Virus record (IMG/VR): IMGVR_UViG_3300045988_004573
Location: 1 to 64,000 of that record
DNA: 64,000 nucleotides
Source: a virus
Direction: 5' to 3' (one strand)
The notes below the pieces were generated by a model, which did no database searches, was not told the origin of the DNA, and worked only from the letters and a program-made list of their open reading frames with translations. Made by a program: the position numbers and the translations under genes. Shown one piece after another: positions 1 through 9,421 of the stretch (the stretch's first letter is position 1; every line of letters begins with the position of its first letter).

Positions 1-58
1 ATACTGAGTTAGTGTTAGGGGCATTAGGACTTATTACTAAAGTTCTTATTGTCTTCAT
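1..58 (-). CDS. 5' end of a leftward CDS running off the window (MKTIRTLVISPNAPNTNSV...)
   Basis: ATG at 58-56, a few nt downstream of the portal stop, open to the window edge; absent from ORF track because partial. Confidence 0.3.
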   Translation of the reverse strand, partial: MKTIRTLVISPNAPNTNSV

Positions 59-63
59 ATCTT

Positions 64-2490
64 TTATTTATTAGTTGTACTACTTTTCTTTCTTAGAGCT
101 TGCCTCTTTATACTTGCATCAGTATTGGCTTTCTCTTTCTCAAGTTTTAATTTATCCTTGTCAAGTTGCAGCTTAAGGTCAAACTCTCTTATCTTCTCAG
201 CAAGATTAGCTTTAGCTTCTGGACTATAATCATCAATCATAATTCCATCATCAAAGTCTGCTTTTGATTCAGCTTGCATTTGAGCTACTATTATCTTAGT
301 CTGATTATCTCTTATATTAGCTTCTTCCTTCTGGAGAAGTTCTGCTTCTTTCTGTTGTTGCTGCATAGCAGCTATTTGCTGTTGAGCTTCAAGTTGTTCC
401 TTCTGAGCCTGTGCCTGTCTTTCTCTAATCTGCTTTTCATCTTTCTCAATCAGTCTTTGCTTTTCAGCCAAGCTGCTTGATGTATAGAGCTTAGTAATAG
501 TAGAGAATGATAAAGTTTGAGTCTGTAATGCAGCCTGAGCCAAAGTATCTAACTTCTGTTGAAGCTCTTGAGTTCCATTACTATTATCTACAACCAAACC
601 ATAATCAGCCTCAGCAAACTCATCACCATCAATATCCATTACTCTGGTTGATGTGTCAGATAAGATATACTGGAACTTCTTACTTCTGCCTCTAAGTGCT
701 ATTTTAGCTGTCTCCAAGAAGCATTCCAATGCTCTCTTCTTAACGTCATCATGTACTACAAACAACCACTCTGTTATATGTGATGACTGCAATGTAGCTC
801 TCTCTACTCCACCTACAGTCTCTCTATTGCTTATCTGACCTTCTCTCTGCTTGGTAATACCTGCAACCTCAGCCATCTCCATCTTAATAAACTCAAGAAG
901 GTTGATTTGCTGTTGGATATAGTTACCTATATTAGTCTCAAGCATACCCTTGCCAGCATTATTCAATGCACCTGCAAGTTTACCAGTTGAAGCTCCTATA
1001 GTACCTTCCTTAAAGCTATCAATAACAGCTATATGGTTAATCTTGGCATAGTACATCCACTTGTCAATAGTCCATCCCTTAGGTACTTTACTCAAGTCAA
1101 GCTCTAGAATAGAACCCCAGTTTGCAGCTAATGCCTTATTAAGCCTGTCATGTATAGCATCATACAGGTAGTTGTAAGGCTTCATCATATCCACTAATGA
1201 GAAAGGTCTGCTATCATTGAGGTTGTAGATTGAACCTACTATACCAAAGTGGCATCTTGATGGATTGCTTAACCTATTGTATTGTACTAGCCTAGGTCTC
1301 ATATTAACAAAGATACCATCCTTGCTATCACCTATCATAGTACCTTCCCAAGCCTCATTTATCCAGAACCTCTGAGCCTCTTCACCTCTATCTTTATCTA
1401 TTACATAGTTCTCAGGGTAGAAGTTATATACTTCTTCACCTGTCTCAGGGTCATAAGACTTAACCTTAAGGATAGCTCTCTTTGACTTCCAATACATTCT
1501 AAGAACTCTAAGGTTTCCTGCCAAGTCATAAGGTAACAATGAAGATGTAACTCCCTCACTGAACAGGTTAGCTGGGTCAAAGTAGTATGAACCATTGACT
1601 GCTGTAACCTCATCACCTATCATACTTGCATTGATGAAGCCATACCTCTCATCAAGGTTATCCATAGAGTCAGTAGCTGCTTGACCAACATGGTCAGGAA
1701 GGTTCTCTATATACTCAATGTCTCTCTTAGTAAGTACATCGTAATAAGTATCTATAACCCTACCAGGACTCCAATAATCCTCTAACAGTATGATGTCAGC
1801 ATCCTCAATCCTATTTGAATAACCTGACTTGAATACTCTAATCTTTAGGGGATTTATCCTCTCAATCACTGGCTCACCACCTACAATATCACATTGGTAA
1901 ATCTCCTCACCAACTGCCATTGCATCCATGAAGCCCTGATTGAATATGAGAGGCATATTAAGCTCCTTGATATAATGGTTCAACAGGGCATTAGCCCTTA
2001 TCTCTCTTATATCCTGCCATTCATAGGTGTAGTAGTCATTCAGCTTCTCAAGCTTCTGGTTGAACTCATCCTCACTTGCTGATGTATCTGCTATAAGCTC
2101 TTGCAATCTTTGGAATAGCTCAGTCCTCTTGTTCTCCTCTATCTCAGATATTGCATTAGGGTTTGTTACAACAACCTTGAAATCAAAGACTCTCTTACTC
2201 TCCTCACCTCTTAGAACATTAAGTTTACTATTCATAATAGGGTAGTGCTGTAACTTATCAGGTATATAACCAGCCTCTATATGGTCTGGGTTAAGTACCA
2301 TCTGCAAGTCTGACATATGCAACCTACCATTGAGCAGGTCATAGTTAATCTTCTTATGAACTACTGACTTCCTAACTAAACTGTAATTGAAGAAGGTCTT
2401 CTGGTTAGCCCATAAAAGGTGGTTTTTCCTCCACTCTTTAGTTTTCTTACTAAAGGAGAGCATTTGTCTTGGAAAATTTATATTATCCAT
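64..2490 (-). CDS. portal protein (crAss-like)
   Basis: 808-aa ORF next to TerL in the packaging block; size and Q/E/K-rich coiled-coil C-terminus fit crAss-like portals; assignment by position and size, not by motif. Confidence 0.6.
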   Translation of the reverse strand: MDNINFPRQMLSFSKKTKEWRKNHLLWANQKTFFNYSLVRKSVVHKKINYDLLNGRLHMSDLQMVLNPDHIEAGYIPDKLQHYPIMNSKLNVLRGEESKRVFDFKVVVTNPNAISEIEENKRTELFQRLQELIADTSASEDEFNQKLEKLNDYYTYEWQDIREIRANALLNHYIKELNMPLIFNQGFMDAMAVGEEIYQCDIVGGEPVIERINPLKIRVFKSGYSNRIEDADIILLEDYWSPGRVIDTYYDVLTKRDIEYIENLPDHVGQAATDSMDNLDERYGFINASMIGDEVTAVNGSYYFDPANLFSEGVTSSLLPYDLAGNLRVLRMYWKSKRAILKVKSYDPETGEEVYNFYPENYVIDKDRGEEAQRFWINEAWEGTMIGDSKDGIFVNMRPRLVQYNRLSNPSRCHFGIVGSIYNLNDSRPFSLVDMMKPYNYLYDAIHDRLNKALAANWGSILELDLSKVPKGWTIDKWMYYAKINHIAVIDSFKEGTIGASTGKLAGALNNAGKGMLETNIGNYIQQQINLLEFIKMEMAEVAGITKQREGQISNRETVGGVERATLQSSHITEWLFVVHDDVKKRALECFLETAKIALRGRSKKFQYILSDTSTRVMDIDGDEFAEADYGLVVDNSNGTQELQQKLDTLAQAALQTQTLSFSTITKLYTSSSLAEKQRLIEKDEKQIRERQAQAQKEQLEAQQQIAAMQQQQKEAELLQKEEANIRDNQTKIIVAQMQAESKADFDDGIMIDDYSPEAKANLAEKIREFDLKLQLDKDKLKLEKEKANTDASIKRQALRKKSSTTNK

Positions 2491-2492
2491 AT

Positions 2493-3197
2493 TTATTCCT
2501 CCTTATATTTCCATATATAGCCATATGCTGTTTTTCTTTTACCATTGCAACAGCAGCTAACATGGTGACCTTTAACATCTAAGTACTGCTCTGCTTCTGT
2601 AGTAGAACTAAATTCTCTTATAATCTCTCCCGTAATCTTATCTATCATCAATACCTTCTTAGATAGAGCTTTTCTTAGCTTCTCCTTTGTAGTATCTGAT
2701 AAATGCTTACCATAGTTAGGATATTCTACTCCAGACTTGAATCCATACTTCAGAAGCTCCTTAAGTCTATGGTCTCTTTGTAGTTCCCAGCATTTTTTAG
2801 CAATTTCTCTTTGTTGCTCAATTCTTTCTCCAGAATGCTTTCTACCATATTGAGATGCTCTTACTCCTCTATATTCTCTAAGTTTAGCTTTAGTTTCTTC
2901 TGAAACTGCTTTAGCTCCTTCTCCCCCATTAGCTATGTTGTAGCTTCTATTGGATTTCCTATATCTGGCTATTAACAACCTCTCTATCCTGCAAGCAGCA
3001 TCTTTGGGCAGTCTTCTAAATAGTATTATATGCTTAAAGTTTTCCCACCCATACTTTATTATAGCAGAGTTTAGATATGGATTGTGTTTATATCCATAGC
3101 CCCATCTTTTGTTAGGATTATGATACTTAGTTATACCTACATAGACCTTAGAGTTAATTATATTTATGTGCAAATATACTATGTATTCATTTTCCAT
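2493..3197 (-). CDS. GIY-YIG homing endonuclease with NUMOD-type DNA-binding repeats
   Basis: N-terminal YIVYLH..KVYVGIT (GIY-YIG), R..R..., YNIANGGEG; repeated SEETKAKLRE / SDTTKEKLRKA (NUMOD3-like) and C-terminal F.STTEAEQYL...YGYIWKY (NUMOD1/IENR1-like). Confidence 0.85.
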   Translation of the reverse strand: MENEYIVYLHINIINSKVYVGITKYHNPNKRWGYGYKHNPYLNSAIIKYGWENFKHIILFRRLPKDAACRIERLLIARYRKSNRSYNIANGGEGAKAVSEETKAKLREYRGVRASQYGRKHSGERIEQQREIAKKCWELQRDHRLKELLKYGFKSGVEYPNYGKHLSDTTKEKLRKALSKKVLMIDKITGEIIREFSSTTEAEQYLDVKGHHVSCCCNGKRKTAYGYIWKYKEE

Positions 3198-3213
3198 GCT
3201 CTATAATTTTATG

Positions 3214-3221
3214 CAAAAGTA
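3214..3221 (-). promoter_or_regulatory. Bacteroidetes-type -7 promoter box TACTTTTG (TAnnTTTG)
   Basis: plus strand CAAAAGTA; lies 17 nt upstream of the GIY-YIG start codon in the portal/TerL gap. Confidence 0.5.
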
Positions 3222-3260
3222 GTCAATCTCACTCATATCTACAAGTAAATAAATGAAATA

Positions 3261-5540
3261 CTAACTAGTTGCCATATCTTTTACTAAATTTACTGGTTTC
3301 TTGAATCTCTTGTCATAGTTATTGGTGAAGAATGGGTCATTGCCTATATAATCCTTTGGAGTAGCATCCTTATCCCTACTAGGATTACCTTGATATAGTA
3401 CCATCTTCTCCTCTCTATATAACATAACCATACCTAATGCCCTGATTCTATCCACATTTATCTCAGGATTGAATGCTATAAGCTCTTCTATCAAGGCTCT
3501 GTTCCTCAAGAAGAACAGGTTCTGAGTAACTACTTCCTGTTCTACTCCACCTATAGTAGTAATCATAGTTACAGGCTTCATCAACCAATCCCTTATAAGA
3601 CCATTGGCATAGTTGTTTATAGCTGCTGTAGCATTGACACCCTTCTGGTTACTACCAAAGGAGCTGTACTTAATCATCTGCTTATCCCTCAGGTACTCAG
3701 GAGTATCAGCTAACAAGTGAGTACAGTTCATCTTTGCAAAGTAGGCATAGATACCCTTCTTATTGGACTCATAGAGGCACTTGGCATTATAAAACAAACA
3801 TAACAATCTCACTATCTCAAAGTTATCCTCTGCAAATGCTTGTCTACCTGTATATTCAGCTACTATCTTGTCAGTCCATAAGTCCAATACAAATGTAGAT
3901 GACAGTGATGATGACTCAGCTTGGTCATTATCTACAGGGTCATGCCCTATTATATACCTAGTGTTGGGTACTTTACCACTCCTATCTTTCTCAGGTAACT
4001 CAAATATCTCTATAGCTCCTGGTGTATCATTCTCTACTCCATACTTTCTGATAGGCTCATCACTAGTAGGTTTGAACTCCACTTCTCCACTCTTATTCAT
4101 AACCAGCTTACCTATATACACATCATCAAATGAGTGAACATCAGTGTCAAGCTGCTGTAGTCTTTCAGTCAATGCTGTAACTGGGAAGAATGCTGCCTTT
4201 ACCTTAATAATAGCCTCAGCAGGTGTAATAGGGTCTTCCGCTATTACTCTAAGAACTGACTTAGGGTCAGCACTATACTTAGCCTTATGCCTTTGCATAA
4301 GTATCTCTATCAGTGCTTTTACTACATCAGATACTCCATCCTTGTTATAACATCCTGCTCTATTTACATATGATGGGAAGAAATAACCAAATGTAGGTTT
4401 ACCTTGCTTAGGTCTATCATATACATTCTCTACTGCAAGTATATTATAAGCCTCTGGGTAATATAATAGAGTCTTAGCTGAGTTAAAGTCTGATTCATCC
4501 TCAGCAGCAGTACCTACCAGATACATGGTAGCAAATGTATAGTCACCATCCTCTACTGATTTTCTGGTAATATCATATAGAGACAGTAGTCCCTTGAATG
4601 AACCCATCTCCTCGAATAGAATCCAACCTCTCTTACCTCTCAGCTTTTCACTATCATCCTTAGCTGATACTGCCAATACCTGATTGAGTGAGCCTCTTTC
4701 AATGCCATACTCATCCTTATAACCCATCTGCCATGACATCTCATTAGGAGAGTTCTTCAACATAAGGTGAGGGAAAGGAGTATGAGAGAAACTAAAGTTA
4801 ATAGCAGGCTTGAACTTAGATAGTGTACCATCCTTATTATCAGATAGATATTCCTTCTGATAAGCAGTCAGTACTGTAATAACCCTTCTTCTGGACTCTT
4901 CTGATTCCCCTAAGATAAGATTATGTCCCATAATAGCTGAGAGTGAGTATGACTTGGCACATCCTCTCTTAGCCAACTCAATAGCATGATGACCTTGCTC
5001 TCTAGCATCAAACAGATAGTAATACCTCCATACATTACCCTCTTGTATAAAAGGGAATGACTCTACTCTGACAGCTTTCTTCCTACCCTCAGTAATCTTG
5101 TTTACCATCATAGGCTGATAGTTCAAGAACCAGTAGTTAAAACCTGAAATCCATGCACCATCTGAGGGTCTTACTAGACCCTCCCAACATCTTCTTCTCT
5201 CCTCATCCCAGAACTTCCTGAACTCAGAGTTAGGATTACTATTGGGTTTTAGGAATGTATAACACCCATGCTTCTGATAGTGTAATGCAGCTTGTCTAAA
5301 GTAGTCAGCATCCTCAAGTATAGGAGGATTAGTTATATCCACTATTGCAGCACCTCTCTCATCCCTAGGTAAATCCTTATAGTAAGGTCTATCTGGAGAT
5401 ATGAGGTTCTTAATGAATTGTATGTTAGTCAGACAATCCATAAGCTGCTCTGCTACCTCACTTGGCAAACTATCAAGTAGCTCCTGTGTGACAGGAGTCT
5501 GATACCTGTTAGTCTGTATCAGTACCTTTATATCTTCCAT
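3261..5540 (-). CDS. terL: terminase large subunit
   Basis: 759 aa; Walker A-like KRGCAKSYS, Walker B-like WILFEEMG, C-terminal nuclease-like IIGHDPVDND; adjacent to portal. Confidence 0.8.
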   Translation of the reverse strand: MEDIKVLIQTNRYQTPVTQELLDSLPSEVAEQLMDCLTNIQFIKNLISPDRPYYKDLPRDERGAAIVDITNPPILEDADYFRQAALHYQKHGCYTFLKPNSNPNSEFRKFWDEERRRCWEGLVRPSDGAWISGFNYWFLNYQPMMVNKITEGRKKAVRVESFPFIQEGNVWRYYYLFDAREQGHHAIELAKRGCAKSYSLSAIMGHNLILGESEESRRRVITVLTAYQKEYLSDNKDGTLSKFKPAINFSFSHTPFPHLMLKNSPNEMSWQMGYKDEYGIERGSLNQVLAVSAKDDSEKLRGKRGWILFEEMGSFKGLLSLYDITRKSVEDGDYTFATMYLVGTAAEDESDFNSAKTLLYYPEAYNILAVENVYDRPKQGKPTFGYFFPSYVNRAGCYNKDGVSDVVKALIEILMQRHKAKYSADPKSVLRVIAEDPITPAEAIIKVKAAFFPVTALTERLQQLDTDVHSFDDVYIGKLVMNKSGEVEFKPTSDEPIRKYGVENDTPGAIEIFELPEKDRSGKVPNTRYIIGHDPVDNDQAESSSLSSTFVLDLWTDKIVAEYTGRQAFAEDNFEIVRLLCLFYNAKCLYESNKKGIYAYFAKMNCTHLLADTPEYLRDKQMIKYSSFGSNQKGVNATAAINNYANGLIRDWLMKPVTMITTIGGVEQEVVTQNLFFLRNRALIEELIAFNPEINVDRIRALGMVMLYREEKMVLYQGNPSRDKDATPKDYIGNDPFFTNNYDKRFKKPVNLVKDMATS

Positions 5541-5847
5541 TCAACATCAAAGTTAAGTTATCATGGTCCAGAAGGAGATTAAAGATAAAGGTAAGGAGTG
5601 ATTCCTCCATGTACTTGGTCATTTCAGACTCTTCCTTTTCAGTAACTACCCTACTGGTATGGGATAATGTAGTTACTTTGAACTTCTCTCCGTTATTTAT
5701 ATACCATAGAGTCCACTTGTACTCTTTATAAGCCTTGCTAAAGCTATTACACTCTATCTCTTTGTGTAGTATGAAATGCACTCCTTTCTTACATCTCATC
5801 CACTCAAACTTGGTATTCAATACTTCTACTATTCCTACTGCATCCAT
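5509..5847 (-). CDS. hypothetical protein
   Basis: 112-aa ORF co-oriented and overlapping the TerL start by 32 nt; no motif recognised. Confidence 0.4.
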   Translation of the reverse strand: MDAVGIVEVLNTKFEWMRCKKGVHFILHKEIECNSFSKAYKEYKWTLWYINNGEKFKVTTLSHTSRVVTEKEESEMTKYMEESLLTFIFNLLLDHDNLTLMLNGRYKGTDTD

Positions 5848-5852
5848 AATGA

Positions 5853-6386
5853 TTACATATCCTCGTAAATACTCTTCTCTTGCGCACCTCTTACCTTATC
5901 ACTCTGTGCTATCTCCTTAGCCAATGCTCTCTCAGCCTCATCTAGGTCTTTAACCATTGATGGCACTTGCTTAATAATAGCACCTAGCTCCTTGACATCC
6001 TTTACATCAAGCTCCGACATATCAGATGTGAGGTCTCTCAACTTATTCCTATAACCATCAACTAAAGCTCTAGTATCTTCCAGTAATAAAGCTGAGGTAG
6101 TCTTGAATGAGGCATATAGCTTCATAGCTTCCTTTACAGTTCCATCAGGTTGCCATGTAGACTTAAGACCCTCACCCTCTTTAATAGCCTTGCTTCTTTC
6201 ATCCCTATCTATGATATACTGGTAATCACTTCTAGGGTCTTCCATGAAATAGCAATATCCCAACTCCATTATAGCCCTTTCCTTAGAGGCTGACTTATCT
6301 CTTACCCATATAGCTCTAAAAGGCTTAAGAGCTAAAGCTTCCTCAGATATGTTGAGGTTATATCCTTCATATTTGAACAGTCTCAT
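5853..6386 (-). CDS. hypothetical protein (helical, packaging-module neighbour)
   Basis: 177-aa ORF tightly packed upstream of the TerL block; no motif recognised. Confidence 0.5.
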   Translation of the reverse strand: MRLFKYEGYNLNISEEALALKPFRAIWVRDKSASKERAIMELGYCYFMEDPRSDYQYIIDRDERSKAIKEGEGLKSTWQPDGTVKEAMKLYASFKTTSALLLEDTRALVDGYRNKLRDLTSDMSELDVKDVKELGAIIKQVPSMVKDLDEAERALAKEIAQSDKVRGAQEKSIYEDM

Positions 6387-6391
6387 ATACT

Positions 6392-6430
6392 ATTAAAATA
6401 AAAGCCCAATCTTGCTTTAAGACTGGGCTT
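6392..6430 (-). terminator. rho-independent terminator (minus strand)
   Basis: minus-strand stem AAGCCCAGTCTT/AAGATTGGGCTT followed by TTTATTTT, just downstream of the 6437..6853 ORF. Confidence 0.6.
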
Positions 6431-6436
6431 ATAGTG

Positions 6437-6853
6437 TTAAACTAGAATCTTTGGTTGTTCAGTGTATATTGCAGGGTTCTCATCAAACTCCTCAACCTCA
6501 GCTACAAACTTAATGTCAGAGTCTTGTAGGTATAGATGTTCAACACCATCTATCTCAACTATGTCAAAGTTGTAACCTATAACTGGGTTGTCCTTGATTA
6601 CCCCATCTTGCAGAGACCCAGGCTTATGTTTCATTACTGCATATCTCTTAGGATTGATAAACACTGTATCTCCTACTTCTATGCCTCTTACCATAGGTCC
6701 AATTGCAACTACAGTTTGGTATTCCTTAACTGTGTTAGCCTTGCTAACATCAATCAGATTACTACCTCTGGCTTTAACTTCACTACCATATCTGTTCATA
6801 GTAGTGATTAACCCATTAAACATGGGCTTGACTTTCTTTATTGTTACTATCAT
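6437..6853 (-). CDS. hypothetical protein, possible GroES/gp31-like co-chaperonin fold
   Basis: 138 aa; pattern V..IGP...GIEVGDTVFINP resembles the GroES signature; weak, by eye only. Confidence 0.45.
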   Translation of the reverse strand: MIVTIKKVKPMFNGLITTMNRYGSEVKARGSNLIDVSKANTVKEYQTVVAIGPMVRGIEVGDTVFINPKRYAVMKHKPGSLQDGVIKDNPVIGYNFDIVEIDGVEHLYLQDSDIKFVAEVEEFDENPAIYTEQPKILV

Positions 6854-7112
6854 CTCTTAGTTTCTTTACATGCTTATACCTATCCTTAATGGCTTTATAC
6901 CTAGGGTAAGTACATGATAACTTACCAATGCTAGGTATATTGAAGTTAGTTCTCAACTTGTTGAACTCCTCCTCACTAAGGTCATCTTTAAGTGGTAGTT
7001 CTGATATGGTGCATCTTATGTACTTCCAATAAGACTCATATGCCTCCTTGACTACTTCTCTGGGTAGCTCAAGCTTATTAGCCACATGGTCTATAGCATC
7101 TTGATAGTTCAT
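6816..7112 (-). CDS. hypothetical protein, possible HU/IHF-like DNA-binding protein
   Basis: 98 aa; N-terminus MNYQDAIDHVANKLELPREVVKEA and later NIPSIGKL resemble HU/IHF layout; tentative. Confidence 0.4.
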   Translation of the reverse strand: MNYQDAIDHVANKLELPREVVKEAYESYWKYIRCTISELPLKDDLSEEEFNKLRTNFNIPSIGKLSCTYPRYKAIKDRYKHVKKLRDDSNNKESQAHV

Positions 7113-7495
7113 TGAAAATCAAATAATAACATCAACTTGAATGAGCCATTCTCCTCAATAACTCTAGGTATATATCTTGGATTAAGCTTACCATCTACTA
7201 TAATGTTATTCTTTCTCAATTTACCCATTATGACTTGGAAGTGAGGAAGAGTTATATTGCACTCTTCCCTTACCTTCCTCTTTGTATCTTCACTCATAAC
7301 GAGTCTGTCAAGAATATCATTATCAGAGACCACCTTACTTAGTTCATATCTCTGCTTGACAAAGGAAGTGGCTACTTCCATTTCCCTTTCTGTAAGATGG
7401 TGAAATGGCTGTAAGAACATAAACCACATCTTAAAGAAAGAGTAGTCAAGCTTACATGGTATTCTCACCACATTGTCCACTCCCTTCTTGACCAT
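7109..7495 (-). CDS. hypothetical protein, possible winged-helix DNA-binding
   Basis: 128-aa ORF with 4-nt overlap to its neighbour; helix-rich LTEREMEV.. and ..HFQVIMGKLRKNNII segments. Confidence 0.45.
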   Translation of the reverse strand: MVKKGVDNVVRIPCKLDYSFFKMWFMFLQPFHHLTEREMEVATSFVKQRYELSKVVSDNDILDRLVMSEDTKRKVREECNITLPHFQVIMGKLRKNNIIVDGKLNPRYIPRVIEENGSFKLMLLFDFQ

Positions 7496-7497
7496 AC

Positions 7498-7815
7498 TTA
7501 ATCCTCCTTATCAGTCTCTGGTGTGTCCTCAGGCTGCTCAGGAGTAGCCATCAAAGTCTCAATCTCATTAGCACATTGCTTCTTGAAGTCTACTGACAAG
7601 TAAGGATTATCCTTATTGATAACTTCAAACAAGTAGTCAAGTCTCTTATATAGGTTAGTCAGGTTAGCTTCATTCAGTGCTATCCTCAACTGCTGGTTCT
7701 GTGCATTAAGCTGCTGAGCCTGCGCACTAAGCTGATGACATACATTCTCTAACTCCTCATAACTGAGCTTCTTAGGTGCTGCTGCACCTGCCTTTGGTTC
7801 TAACTTCTTTTCCAT
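7498..7815 (-). CDS. hypothetical coiled-coil protein
   Basis: 105 aa; Q/N-rich heptad-like LSAQAQQLNAQNQQLRIALNEANL and an acidic tail. Confidence 0.5.
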   Translation of the reverse strand: MEKKLEPKAGAAAPKKLSYEELENVCHQLSAQAQQLNAQNQQLRIALNEANLTNLYKRLDYLFEVINKDNPYLSVDFKKQCANEIETLMATPEQPEDTPETDKED

Positions 7816-7816
7816 T

Positions 7817-8038
7817 TTATTTCATATTTAGATAACTTCCTGCATATTTGGCTGCGTACATTTTCTCCCAATCAAATATATTAGCCTCTTTAGTGTTAGT
7901 ACTACCACACTTCTCACAGTAGTCTATGCCATCTACTGTCAATATCTTTAAGGATAGGCAATCAGCACAGTAGACTACTGGTACAGCATTATACTCATCA
8001 TGCTTATGCTGCTCTTCTACTGTTCTTGAGTTGCCCAT
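7817..8038 (-). CDS. small zinc-ribbon protein
   Basis: 73 aa with CADC...CEKC (two CxxC pairs). Confidence 0.5.
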   Translation of the reverse strand: MGNSRTVEEQHKHDEYNAVPVVYCADCLSLKILTVDGIDYCEKCGSTNTKEANIFDWEKMYAAKYAGSYLNMK

Positions 8039-8261
8039 AAATCTGTCTCTTTATCCTGTTCTCCTTAGTATTGGTGTTACCAAAGGGTCTCTTAGGATAT
8101 ATGACTCCATAAGGAGATACATGACCTCTTCTTATAGCCCTTCTAACACTCTTGAATTTACTTACCGCTTCATAAGTAGCTAATCCTATAGGACAACCTA
8201 CATTGATAATAGGTTCTCTCTTGATACCTTCTGTATCTCCTCCTACTCTAACTTCTTCCAT
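8004..8261 (-). CDS. hypothetical basic protein
   Basis: 85-aa ORF, co-oriented, overlaps the downstream ORF. Confidence 0.4.
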   Translation of the reverse strand: MEEVRVGGDTEGIKREPIINVGCPIGLATYEAVSKFKSVRRAIRRGHVSPYGVIYPKRPFGNTNTKENRIKRQIYGQLKNSRRAA

Positions 8262-8272
8262 AATGCCAGTCT

Positions 8273-8422
8273 TTATTTGTAGAACACCAAGTATATCTGC
8301 CCTCCCAAAGCAAACATACTAACAATATCTTCTCTTGGTATCTCAAGCTCATTGGCTTGAGCAACTATGTTCCTGACTGTCTGACCTACTATACAGGTCA
8401 TCACCTTACCATCTTTAGTCAT
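8273..8422 (-). CDS. hypothetical small protein (start trimmed to MTKDGKV...)
   Basis: the track ORF 8273..8473 runs into tRNA-Met; the internal ATG at 8422 avoids the tRNA. Confidence 0.3.
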   Translation of the reverse strand: MTKDGKVMTCIVGQTVRNIVAQANELEIPREDIVSMFALGGQIYLVFYK

Positions 8423-8440
8423 AGTCTTTAATTTAATTAG

Positions 8441-8513
8441 TTGCGGAGGAGGGACTCGAACCCTCAACCTCAAGGTTATGAGCCTTGCTAGCTACCATTG
8501 CTATCACTCCACG
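8441..8513 (-). tRNA. tRNA-Met(CAU), initiator-like
   Basis: minus-strand cloverleaf read by eye; anticodon loop CUCAUAA; C1xA72 mismatch as in bacterial initiators; T-loop GGTTCGAGTCC. Confidence 0.8.
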
Positions 8514-8519
8514 ATGTTG

Positions 8520-8591
8520 AGCAGATAGAGAGAATCGAACTCTCACCAAAAGATTGGAAATCTCTTATACTAACCTTTATACGATACCTGC
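8520..8591 (-). tRNA. tRNA-Gly(UCC)
   Basis: acceptor GCAGGTA/TATCTGC; anticodon loop UUUCCAA; T-loop TTCGATT. Confidence 0.85.
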
Positions 8592-8993
8592 TTGTTTATT
8601 CTTATAATGTAAGTCTCTATGGCAATTAGCACATAGGACTCTGCACTTTTTAATCTCCTCTTCAAGCTTTCTTGGGGACTCTATCAATTTAACAACCTCT
8701 TTTTCCTTCTCATCAGGATTAACATGATGAAAATCTAAGCACCAAGGTCTGCTTTCCCCACATATCTCACATTTCAAAGTACTTTTATACTCCTCAAACT
8801 CTGCTGTCTTCTTCTTTTTATATTCAGCAGCTTTTGTTTTGTAGTACTCTTTATGTTCCTGATAATGCTTATCTCTGTATATCTTTCTACAAGACTTGCA
8901 ATCTGAGGCATGACCATCCTTTCTTAGTTTATTTATTGCAAACTCAGAGATTGGTTTTAGCTCTCCACATTTACTGCACTTCTTCATTTCCAT
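8577..8993 (-). CDS. HNH homing endonuclease (free-standing, inside tRNA array)
   Basis: 138 aa; Cys-rich N-terminus; LDFHHVNPDEKE ... CANCHRDLH HNH core; 3' end overlaps tRNA-Gly by 15 nt. Confidence 0.8.
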   Translation of the reverse strand: MEMKKCSKCGELKPISEFAINKLRKDGHASDCKSCRKIYRDKHYQEHKEYYKTKAAEYKKKKTAEFEEYKSTLKCEICGESRPWCLDFHHVNPDEKEKEVVKLIESPRKLEEEIKKCRVLCANCHRDLHYKNKQAGIV

Positions 8994-8995
8994 TG

Positions 8996-9068
8996 AGTAG
9001 ATAATCAGATTTGAACTGACCCCTTGACATTGGCAATGTCATATGCTAACCCCTAACACCATATCTAC
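8996..9068 (-). tRNA. tRNA-Gly(GCC)
   Basis: acceptor GTAGATA/TATCTAC; anticodon loop UUGCCAA. Confidence 0.85.
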
Positions 9069-9254
9069 ATAAGCCAAAGATTTGCTATTGGTACTTTGGC
9101 ATTGCAAGTGTCAGCTTAACTTGCACCCTCAATCATCTACACCTCATAAAAGCTTTTTAACTGAATGCCGCAGGTCAGCTCCTGCTGAGGTTTACCTAGT
9201 AGCATTGAGTGTTACTCTCTCACTGTAGGTAAGACAGCTTTTAGTAACTTGTTG

Positions 9255-9328
9255 AGCCTCCTCTCAGAATCGAACTGAGACTTCCTGTTTACAAGGCAGG
9301 CTTGCTAAACCATTAACACTAAGGAGGC
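9255..9328 (-). tRNA. tRNA-Thr(UGU)
   Basis: acceptor GCCTCCT/AGGAGGC; anticodon loop CUUGUAA. Confidence 0.85.
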
Positions 9329-9332
9329 ATAG

Positions 9333-9414
9333 TACCCCTGACAGGATTTGAACCTGCAATCCTCAAGGGCGTTGGTGTTTAAGACCAATGTGTATTCCAT
9401 TCCACCACAGGGGC
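9333..9414 (-). tRNA. tRNA-Leu(UAA)
   Basis: acceptor GCCCCTG/CAGGGGT; anticodon loop CUUAAAC; long variable arm. Confidence 0.85.
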
Positions 9415-9421
9415 ATTATAC

